A stretch of 64,000 bases of DNA from an uncultured Verrucomicrobiae bacterium. GTDB lineage: Bacteria > Verrucomicrobiota > Verrucomicrobiia > Limisphaerales > Palsa-1400. The stretch spans positions 3,968,001 through 4,032,000 of the forward strand of contig OY969763.1 in assembly GCA_963702845.1 (NCBI GenBank), given 5' to 3'. This document shows, piece after piece, positions 30,315 through 38,776 of this stretch. Numbering within the stretch: the stretch's first letter is position 1; every line of letters starts with the position of its first letter. Made by a program: the position numbers and the translations under genes. Under the pieces are notes generated by a model. The model ran no database searches. It had not been told where the DNA came from and saw only the letters and a list, made by a program, of their open reading frames with translations.

Positions 30315-32367
30315 ATGATTGGCAAGAGAGTGTTCGCTTTGGTCCTCGGGATTTGCGGGATGTTGGTTTCCGGAAACATCGCGATCGCCCAAACCCAATT
30401 AGTCGGTAACAGCGGTTTTGAAACGGGAATCGCCACTCCGTGGGTACTGGGCGGATCGGTCGTTGCGAACAACGGTTACGCTCACAACGGCACTTATTTG
30501 CTTTGGCTCGGCGGCATGTCTCGCTGGAACGACTCCGCATATCAGACAGTGACTATCCCGATGGCGATTTCGTCGGCCACTTTGTCGTTCTATTACAATA
30601 TTAGCAGCGCCGAAACGAACACGTCGGCTCTCGATACTTTCACCGCCACGATTCAGGACACGAACGGCGCTGTGCTCGCGACCATCGGAAACTGGTCAAA
30701 CCTCAATCGCGATCCAGCTCCGGGCAATCCGAATTATCACCAGCAAATCTTTAACCTCACCGCCTACGCGGGCAAAACGGTTCGGATCGCTTTCGCCAGT
30801 CAAAACAACGCCACGTTGGTCACCAGCTTTTTTGTCGACGATGTCACGGTGCAAACGACAGCCGCAACTGGCCCAGCCGATTTGATGCCACAGAAAATAT
30901 TCCTCATGCCAACTCCAGCCCTGGCCGGCGGTCAACTTACCGTGATGTATACAGTCGCGAACATTGGGGGCACGGCTGCACCAGCGAGCCATACGAAGAT
31001 TCAAGTCATCGATTCAGCCAACAACGTTTTGAACCAGCAGATTTTCTCGACTGCTCCCGTGGCTACAGCCGCTTCGACCAACGAAATGCATAACATGAGT
31101 TTGGTTGGTGCAACCGCGGGCAGTTACACCGTCGTCGTCACAGCGGATTGCAATGGTGAGGCGGGTCAAACGAACAGGAGCAACGACGTAAGCACGCCTG
31201 CGCCTCTGACGGTGCAACCAGGTGCCGGTCTGGTCATTCATCCCATTTACGATGCGACGATTACCAACGACCCGAATTCTGCGGTGATTCAGAACGCCAT
31301 TAATGCCGCCATCGCAAGTTACGAGTGGCAGTTTTCCGATCCGATCACCGTGAACATTCAGTTTTCCAAAATGACGAATGGACTCGGGCAAAGTTCAACT
31401 TATGGGGGCACGATTGCGTATTCAGATTTTGTGACAGCCCTTGCGGGTGATTCAATGACGACCAATGACGCGATTGCTCTGAATTATTTGTCGGCAGGCA
31501 CGGGTAATCCGGTCAACGGCAATCCATCCATCACGTTGACCACCGCGAATCTGCGTGCGCTCGGCATCAATGTGAGTCCCCCAAATAATCAGCTGGACAG
31601 CTACATCGCGTTGAATTTTTCGATCATGAACCTGACGCGCGCGAACGTAGATCCAACCAAATATGATCTATCGTCGGTGGTGCAGCATGAGATCGATGAG
31701 GCGCTCGGCCTTACATCGTCGTTGAACAACTTGAATAATGGTGCGCCAACTCCGACCGGTGCCATCCGCGTGATGGATTTGTTCCGCTATGATCAATACG
31801 GAGCGCGCAGTTTTAACACGGCATCGAATTCCCAATCATACCTATCGATTGATGGCGGCACGACGGACCTCGTTCGCTTCAATCAAACGCAAGTCGGCGA
31901 TTTCCAGGATTCGGTACAGCGGCACCGGTCACACGCCACGCGTGCAGGATGCATGGGGCATGCCGGGCGCAACGCCAAATCTCGGCGTGGAACTGATCGC
32001 TTTGGACGTGAGCGGATACAATCTCGTTTGCGCGATTCCAAAGCCGGAAATCGTCAGCATGGTCCCGAGCGGTAACAACATGAACGTGACTTGGGCCTCC
32101 GAACCGAATCTCAGCTATCAATTGCAATCCAAAGCGACCCTGCTCGGCGGATGGATTAACCTGGGAAGCCCGGTCACCTCGACCAGCACGACCACGACCG
32201 CAGCCGCAGCCATGACAACAGCGCAATCATTCTTTCGAGTGGTTTTGATGAATGGTTCACAAACGTCCTCAATGAAGCCCTCGACGGTGTCGCGCGCAAC
32301 AGCATCGATGAACCGCCAACGTTCAGCGATGCACGAGTTGCCGCCGCAAAGTCACGCGCAGCCCTGA
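30315..32367 (+). CDS. Tandem paralog of the preceding metalloprotease-like protein (frameshift near 31910)
   Basis: Same domain order and motifs (NSGFE, GPADL, HEIDEALG, PRVQDA, PNLGVELIALD). Confidence 0.75.
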
Positions 32368-32412
32368 CCGCCTTGACTTGCGAAAATGCCCAAAGGGCTT
32401 TAATACGGCGGA

Positions 32413-33261
32413 GTGAATCCATACACAAAGCTGGTTTCGAATTTCTCAAACGCAGTCAAAGAAGGCCGCTCGCTTCCGCTCGGCGGAATTCCAAAAGCCG
32501 CCCGACCAACCATAAAACCTGACGCACCGAAAGCGTTGTTTTTCGCGCCGCATCCGGATGATGAAACAATTAGCGGTGGATTAGCTCTGCGTTTGTTGCG
32601 CGAAGGGCCTTGGAACGTCCTCGACGTCGCCGTGACGCAGGGGAGCAACAAGGAACGACAGGCCGGACGATTACAGGAGTTGAAGGCCGCATGCGATTAC
32701 CTGGGCTTAGGCTTAATCCAGACAGCGCCGAACGGTCTTGAGAAAGTAACGCCTGCCACGCGCGAGAAAGATTCGACGCATTGGGCGAGCATGGTGCAAG
32801 TGACGCGCAAAATCCTGGTCGAACAAAAGCCGCGCGTGATCATGTTCCCGCATGTATTGGATTGGAACGGAACACACATCGGCGTGCATCACCTCGTGAT
32901 GGACGCGTTGAAAGCGGAGCTATCGATCGATTGCTTTCTGGTCGAGACAGAATTTTGGGGACAAATGGCGGCTCCTAATTTGATGGTCGAATATTCCGAG
33001 CAAGACGTCGCTGATCTGATTGCCGCGACTTCCTTCCATGTCGGCGAGGTCAACCGCAATCCCTATCACCTGCTGCTTCCAGCCTGGATGCAGGACAACG
33101 TGCGGCGCGGAACGGAGTTGGTCGGTGGCCAGGGTGGCGCTGCCCCACAGTTCGTGTTCGCACAGCTCTTTCGAATCGGACGCTGGCGCAATGGCGCGGC
33201 GGAATGGTTCAAGGCGCAGTTTTTGCCAGCATCGCAAAACGCGGCAAGTTTGTTTCAATGA
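32413..33261 (+). CDS. PIG-L family deacetylase
   Basis: APHPDDE motif. Confidence 0.85.
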   Translation: MNPYTKLVSNFSNAVKEGRSLPLGGIPKAARPTIKPDAPKALFFAPHPDDETISGGLALRLLREGPWNVLDVAVTQGSNKERQAGRLQELKAACDYLGLGLIQTAPNGLEKVTPATREKDSTHWASMVQVTRKILVEQKPRVIMFPHVLDWNGTHIGVHHLVMDALKAELSIDCFLVETEFWGQMAAPNLMVEYSEQDVADLIAATSFHVGEVNRNPYHLLLPAWMQDNVRRGTELVGGQGGAAPQFVFAQLFRIGRWRNGAAEWFKAQFLPASQNAASLFQ

Positions 33262-33728
33262 GCGAACTGGCCATCGTCGCGATCGGCTCGAACCTCGGGC
33301 ACACCCGCGAACTGGTGTTGCGGGCCATGGATCGGCTGCAGGAATTTTCGGACGAACCGATGTTGCGATCGTCCCTTTACGAAACCGCTCCTGTCGATTG
33401 TCCTCCGGGGTCGCCGAATTTCCTGAATGCTGTTGTCGTATTTGAACCGCGTCCCGACGAAACGCCGGACTCCCTTTTGCAAAAACTGCAAGCGCTCGAG
33501 AAAGAATTCGGTCGTCAGCCCAAGAAAATCCTCAACGAATCGCGCCCATTGGACTTGGATATAATCGCTTTTGGCCAACGCAACTTGAGTAGTCCGCAGC
33601 TTACCCTGCCCCACCCTCGCGCGCATTTGCGGCGGTTCGTTCTGGAACCGTTAAGTGAAATTGCGCCGGAATTAGTGTTGCCCGGGCAAACGAAAACAGT
33701 TGCCGTCCTGCTGCAGGAATTGCGTTGA
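33258..33728 (+). CDS. folK: 2-amino-4-hydroxy-6-hydroxymethyldihydropteridine diphosphokinase
   Basis: IGSNLG, SSLYET, FLNAV, RPLDLDI, LPHPR, FVLEPL. Confidence 0.95.
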   Translation: MSELAIVAIGSNLGHTRELVLRAMDRLQEFSDEPMLRSSLYETAPVDCPPGSPNFLNAVVVFEPRPDETPDSLLQKLQALEKEFGRQPKKILNESRPLDLDIIAFGQRNLSSPQLTLPHPRAHLRRFVLEPLSEIAPELVLPGQTKTVAVLLQELR

Positions 33729-33785
33729 TATAGCGCGCCAGCGTCTTGGAGTGCGGCTCCAGTCCGTGCAAGCCGACCGCATGAT

Positions 33786-33994
33786 TGTCTCCGTGTCTCA
33801 TGTCTCAGGCGCCGCAGGGGTGAGACAATTCAATTTTGTCTCAGGCCCTTGGCCCCTGAGACATGAGACAACTTACTAAAGCAGGTTGATAACACGTTCT
33901 GTAAGTCGTTGATAAGAACATGGCGATTCACGACTTGTCTCCTGTCTCCGTGTCTCCGAGGGCAAGCGCCCGGAGACAAATTCTGTTTTGTCTC
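33786..33994. repeat. GAGACA/TGTCTC palindromic element, copy R1 (right end incomplete)
   Basis: TGTCTC-N15/16-GAGACA units around a core containing TAAGTCGTTGATA; colinear with R2 and R3. Confidence 0.9.
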
Positions 33995-34022
33995 GGGCTC
34001 CGCTCGCGGAGGCGCTTCAGAG

Positions 34023-34805
34023 TTAGGGTGGCGACATGTGCGCAATGACCCAGGCAAGATCTCGCGCGGGCGCAGGTGGCGCAGGTGGGGCAAACGGCAA
34101 GCCTTGCCGGTAAATCTGGGTAATGGGCTTTGCCGTGCTTCCATCCATCCATTTATGGATATCTGAATGCCCGTCGGCAAACGTGATACAACAAGATTGA
34201 TTGTGAAAAGAAGCGGGCAAATCCAGCCAGTCATTGGTATCGGTTCCCGAGCGCACTGGAACGAACCACCCATCATTGATGCTGTCGGGATGCTCTTCCA
34301 GCATCGTGAACGTCGTCGAGGGCCTGCTGATCTCGGTGTGGCGAAAAAAACTGTGGTAGGCCGTGCTCCCGGTAAAGGGAATGGAACCGACAAAGCCATT
34401 CATCGAATAAGTCCTCAGGCGCAGGGCCTGTCCCGGAGCCGCACTAAAATCTGCCGGGCAGCGATAAATCCTCACGTTTTGGGCCGTGTAGGGAAGAAGA
34501 GAACCCTGGACCAACAACGCCACGTTGGTGTTATCGCTATTGGCCCCGGACCAGTCCTGAAGTCCCCTGATCCAGCTTCCCGGCGGTGAGTTAGGCGGAT
34601 TGAGCGGCAAAATGTTCTGGGCGTCCCCAACATACAGGGTCCACGCCACTGCCAGTTGTTTTGTATTGCTAAGACAAGCTATCGTGTAAGCCTTTTGTTT
34701 TGCCCGGTTGAGCACGGGCAGCAATAACGCCGCTAGACTGGCAATTATTGCTATGACCACCAGCAGTTCGATAAGAGTAAACCCGTCTCGATTTCTCCTA
34801 TCCAT
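34023..34805 (-). CDS. Prepilin-type N-terminal / H-X9-DG domain protein (cargo 1)
   Basis: [36 protein letters not shown]. Confidence 0.88.
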   Translation of the reverse strand: MDRRNRDGFTLIELLVVIAIIASLAALLLPVLNRAKQKAYTIACLSNTKQLAVAWTLYVGDAQNILPLNPPNSPPGSWIRGLQDWSGANSDNTNVALLVQGSLLPYTAQNVRIYRCPADFSAAPGQALRLRTYSMNGFVGSIPFTGSTAYHSFFRHTEISRPSTTFTMLEEHPDSINDGWFVPVRSGTDTNDWLDLPASFHNQSCCITFADGHSDIHKWMDGSTAKPITQIYRQGLPFAPPAPPAPARDLAWVIAHMSPP

Positions 34806-34986
34806 TATCAAAGGCTTAATTGTTTTCCTAACCGTTCTAACATTTAATATGCGACAACAATTCGCATATTTGTAACAGGCGAACAAGCACTCAATCGCAG
34901 TCAATTCTACAGCAAAGAAATGTTGCGTGTTTCATCAGGCCAAAGCGCCGGTCGGCGGCCCACTCCAAGACGATCCGCGCGGTTCT

Positions 34987-35266
34987 TGTCTCAGTGTCTC
35001 ATGTCTCAGGCACCGCAGGGGTGAGACAAATTAAGTTTTGTCTCAGGTCCTTGGCCCCTGAGACATGAGACATGAGACATGAGACATGAGACATGAGACA
35101 CGAGACAACTTACTAATGAAGGTTAATAACACTTTCTGTAAGTCGTTGATTAGAACATGGCGATTTACCGACTTGTCTCCGTGTCTCCTGTCTCCGAGGG
35201 CAAGGGCCGGAGACAAATCTGGTTTTGTCTCCGCCTCCGGTGGTCGGGGACAGGAGACAAGAGACA
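34987..35266. repeat. GAGACA/TGTCTC palindromic element, copy R2 (complete, with 7x heptad expansion)
   Basis: Four TGTCTC-N15-G(A/G)GACA units; (NGAGACA)7 at 35059-35107; core TAAGTCGTTGATT. Confidence 0.92.
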
Positions 35267-35385
35267 AGTTCGCCCTTTTTGCGGCGAGGCTCCTGCCGAC
35301 TTACAAAGGCTCCGCGTAAAATCGCAAGTTATCAGGCGTGGCAACGTCCATCACGTCGAGGTCTGCGAAGTCCCGAAGAATATCG

Positions 35386-36240
35386 TCAATCCCATACTAA
35401 AAACCATCCGGGCTGGTCGTTGGAATACTCGCGTGGGATATGTGCACCAGGTCGCTCCTCACGATAGAACTCCGCTCGAAGCTCGCGTGCCCAGGCCGCG
35501 ATGACTGTCTCATCGACAGGCCCTGCCACGAAGACACAATCACTGTAAGGCTCCAACTCATTCTCTGCATCCACATACTCTCCAACCGGAATCACGCAGC
35601 GATTGACTCCTGGCTCTGTGCTCAATCTGGTCAGTGTCTCCTTGAAGTCAGCCTTACTGGGATGCGGCTCAAGATTCGGGGCGAGGCAATAATTACCCGC
35701 ACACTTGGAAAAGAACTCATCGATCGAAAGGTATGCGACGTGATGGGGTCTCGTGCTTTTGGAGTGGGGCATCCGTAGCCCGCCTGTCCGACTCGTCGTC
35801 GTTGTTGGAATGGGGGCATCATCTCCGTAAAAAGGCGACGCCGGGAATTGCCAGCCTACCATCGCCTGCAATGTCTGATGCAGGAGCTTCAACTTTTCTC
35901 TGAATCCTGGTGGGGAACCATGCACCTGGCCCCTCGACGCCATGCTCCGGGATCCGACCTCCAACTCCGTAATCCACTGAAGGCCGTCACACAGGTGCAA
36001 ATCGCCGAGCGTCGGAGGCCACGACCAAACATCAATCTCGTCGCAAACTTGCCAAAACTTCTCCCATTGTTCAGCCGTGGGAGTCATCGACTCGTCCCAG
36101 TCTCGTGAGTTATTAGAAAAACCGGGTAGCATGAAAGTGAGGTGGCCGCTCTGCCAACAAAAGCTATTAGGACCATCAGGTGGCCACCCTTGAAGACCAT
36201 GCTTTAGTCTGACTGGCTCCAACAATTTTGACGAATTCAT
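35386..36240 (-). CDS. Hypothetical protein, possibly two fused ORFs (cargo 2)
   Basis: Long ORF with a low-complexity linker (PIPTTTTSRTGG) before an internal Met. Confidence 0.6.
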   Translation of the reverse strand: MNSSKLLEPVRLKHGLQGWPPDGPNSFCWQSGHLTFMLPGFSNNSRDWDESMTPTAEQWEKFWQVCDEIDVWSWPPTLGDLHLCDGLQWITELEVGSRSMASRGQVHGSPPGFREKLKLLHQTLQAMVGWQFPASPFYGDDAPIPTTTTSRTGGLRMPHSKSTRPHHVAYLSIDEFFSKCAGNYCLAPNLEPHPSKADFKETLTRLSTEPGVNRCVIPVGEYVDAENELEPYSDCVFVAGPVDETVIAAWARELRAEFYREERPGAHIPREYSNDQPGWFLVWD

Positions 36241-36447
36241 ATTAGTGCGCGATGCCACCTAACTAAATTATTATGTATTACTTCTTTCCGCCTAAGTTCA
36301 TAAGTGAACGTTAAAGGAGGAGGAAAACTTTCCCTGTTTTTGTTCGTGTGTGTTTGTCGATGGAGCGTAGTTGCGGCACCCAGCGCGGTGCAATCGTAAA
36401 CTTCTGCGCTGCCTGGATTGCGGGAGTTTAGCTGAAGGCGCTCGATT

Positions 36448-36656
36448 TGTCTCCGTGTCTCCTGTCTCAGGCACCGTAGGGGTGAGACAAGAGACAAACT
36501 TTATAAAGCAGGTTGATAACACTTTCTGTAAGTCGTTGATCAGAACATGGCGTTGGCGATTCACGACTTGTCTCCGTGTCTCCGAGGGCAACAGCCGGAG
36601 ACAAATCTGGTTTTGTCTCCGCCTCCAGTGGTCCGGAGACAGGAGACAAGGAGACA
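36448..36656. repeat. GAGACA/TGTCTC palindromic element, copy R3 (unit 2 missing)
   Basis: Terminal inverted repeats match at 23 of 25 positions; same core. Confidence 0.92.
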
Positions 36657-36689
36657 ACTCAACAGGCCAGCTAGTCCTCGTCGCTCCGT

Positions 36690-37181
36690 TTACTTCCTCG
36701 TCGCCAGCCGTTTCGACCGCTGGTTACGCTGGACCATGGCTGGATAGAAATTCCAGACCACGTTAACGAGACCCACTCCTATCGCCAGCAATGGGTCCGC
36801 AGATATTCCTAGGTACAAGGCCACCGGCAGGCTGATGACAAAGGCCGCGGTGTGAATGAATTCCGCTCTCCTGGTGTTGTTATCGTATTGCGCTAAACCG
36901 CTCCGTGTCCCGTCGAAGATCAATCTGTCGTAGAGCAATCTCTTGCTGATCCGTGGGTTCCAGACCGTCCGCCGGAGGAGCGTCCTGAACAGCTCGATCC
37001 TCAAAATCTTGCAGGCGGATGCGAATGATTTCGAACGCACGGCTTCGTAGTAGGAGTCGGGAAGCAGCCGATACATGGGCCAGGCGAAGCCGATGACAAA
37101 GATACTCAGTATGTAAAAATTCAGGAGAATTGACTCAAGCAGGATTGCACCCAATGAAGCCGGCTGAGAGTGTTCGACCAT
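36690..37181 (-). CDS. Membrane protein resembling the CrtO-like acyltransferase family (cargo 3; true start may be upstream)
   Basis: TRRAEFIH and NFYPAMVQRNQR resemble the family's RAE..H and YP..QRYNR motifs. Confidence 0.55.
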   Translation of the reverse strand: MVEHSQPASLGAILLESILLNFYILSIFVIGFAWPMYRLLPDSYYEAVRSKSFASACKILRIELFRTLLRRTVWNPRISKRLLYDRLIFDGTRSGLAQYDNNTRRAEFIHTAAFVISLPVALYLGISADPLLAIGVGLVNVVWNFYPAMVQRNQRSKRLATRK

Positions 37182-37405
37182 CCAGGGACACCAGCAGCGA
37201 GGCCCGCCACAGCATGAAGGCCGACAACGCGCTCGATAGAATTTGCAGCGAGAGGATTCTAAACCTTGTCACTGTCAACTGTGCCTCCAAATGGCGCAAG
37301 GATCTGGCAATCCGGTCGCCTGACGTTTCAGCTCAGCCAGTGACAAAAGAATACCGCAGCCGAAGCGAATGCCAAGCTTCGTGGCGAATTACCAGCGGCA
37401 CACCT

Positions 37406-37462
37406 TGTCTCCGTGTCTCATGTCTCCGGCCACTGCACCCTGAGACATGAGACACGGAGACA
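37406..37462. repeat. Minimal GAGACA element R4: perfect 21-bp inverted repeat with a 15-nt spacer
   Basis: TGTCTCCGTGTCTCATGTCTC-CGGCCACTGCACCCT-GAGACATGAGACACGGAGACA. Confidence 0.92.
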
Positions 37463-37477
37463 TCCGCTGAAGACCGG

Positions 37478-38740
37478 TCAAAGTGGCTTCGCGTAAATCC
37501 GCTCCATCTTCCCCAACGGATCCACAATCGTTATTCCCTCTTTATCAAACCGCGCCGTTACAGGAGCGCCTTTGCCCTCTTGCATATATTTGAAGTTCAA
37601 ATCCCGCACTATCGCCGCAGCGTGAACAATCGCCACGACAATCCGTGCATCTTCCGCCGTCGGATAAATCTCCGCAAGTTGCTCGCGTTTTTCGTTCGAA
37701 AATTTGCTGCGGCAGACTGCGGCCAGGCCGACGGTGAGACTGTCGACGCCGTAGCCGATGTAAGCTTTGCTGCCGTCGGGCCGGACAACATCGCGCGTGA
37801 AATGATTGTTCGATGTGCGACTGCCACCGCCTTTATTCCACCAGCGAAAACCGCGATATTGTTGATCGCTTTCCACCTTGCCATCGGCACCCAAAATTTC
37901 GTGGCCTTGATTCACCGGCCCTTCGAAGTCCGGAGGCGTGATCCAGTTGTTGTGGAAATTGATGCTCATCCCGTTCTCGAAATCGACCCGCACCTGAACG
38001 GCATCGTAGGCATTGATCTTGTCGCGAACGAGCCGTTGTTTCTGCCCAACAGCCGTCAGCGAAACCGGTTTGCTATTGTAATAATGCCAAATCAAATCGA
38101 CCCAGTGCGGCCCAACATAGCTGAACGGATCGCTCTGCTCCGCCCACTTGAACGTGCTGGTAGAAACTTCGAGCGGCTCTTCCAGATACGCCGTGCCGTA
38201 GAGCGGTGCGCCGATGCGATTCTTGATATCATCGCGAATACGCAGGTGGTCCGGATCGTAACGCTTGTGCATATCCACCGCGACGATCAGGTTTTTCTTT
38301 TTCGCGAGCTCCACAATTTCATCCGCTTCGTGGATGTTCAGGCACATCGGTTTTTCGGTGATGACATGCGTGCCGTTGTTGAGCGCGGCGAGGATGACTT
38401 CGGTGTGCAGATTATCGGGCGTGGCAACGGCCATCACATCGAGGTCTGGAACGTCGCGCAGAATATCGAGCCACGGTGTTTTGCCAAAATAGGTTTTGGG
38501 CGCTTTCCCGGTTAGCTCTTTATAAGTCTGTTGCGCCCGTTGCGCAGACGCTTCAGAGCGCGTCGCGACCGCGACCAATTCAAATTCAATCGGCGCGAGA
38601 TCGCGCGTCCATTTGTCGAGCCCCACTCGCGCAAGTTGCGACGCGATGCCGAATCGCTGAAGATCGGCGTAAGCGCGCATGTGAACGTCGCCGCCGAACA
38701 TGCCGGCGCCAACAAGTGCAATCTTTACTCTGCCTTCCAT
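37478..38740 (-). CDS. Gfo/Idh/MocA family oxidoreductase
   Basis: IALVGAG, VATPDNLH, TEKPM. Confidence 0.9.
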   Translation of the reverse strand: MEGRVKIALVGAGMFGGDVHMRAYADLQRFGIASQLARVGLDKWTRDLAPIEFELVAVATRSEASAQRAQQTYKELTGKAPKTYFGKTPWLDILRDVPDLDVMAVATPDNLHTEVILAALNNGTHVITEKPMCLNIHEADEIVELAKKKNLIVAVDMHKRYDPDHLRIRDDIKNRIGAPLYGTAYLEEPLEVSTSTFKWAEQSDPFSYVGPHWVDLIWHYYNSKPVSLTAVGQKQRLVRDKINAYDAVQVRVDFENGMSINFHNNWITPPDFEGPVNQGHEILGADGKVESDQQYRGFRWWNKGGGSRTSNNHFTRDVVRPDGSKAYIGYGVDSLTVGLAAVCRSKFSNEKREQLAEIYPTAEDARIVVAIVHAAAIVRDLNFKYMQEGKGAPVTARFDKEGITIVDPLGKMERIYAKPL

Positions 38741-38776
38741 TTCGACAATTAAGAGTTAGAACGTAAGAATTAAGAA

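Noticed and set aside
34982..35271. GTTC target-site duplication around R2
   Set aside because: Only 4 bp and not reproduced at R1, R3 or R4; may be chance.
33830..36766. ORFs spanning the repeat elements (e.g. 33909-34166, 35043-35267, 35086-35319, 36298-36657, 36371-36766)
   Set aside because: They are translations of the repeats (SCLMSHV, ETRRQ) with inconsistent frames and lengths between copies.
33786..37462. CRISPR or TIGR-type guide array interpretation of the GAGACA repeats
   Set aside because: The 15-nt spacers are conserved by position between copies rather than unique, there are at most four units per element, and no cas or Nop-domain gene is nearby.
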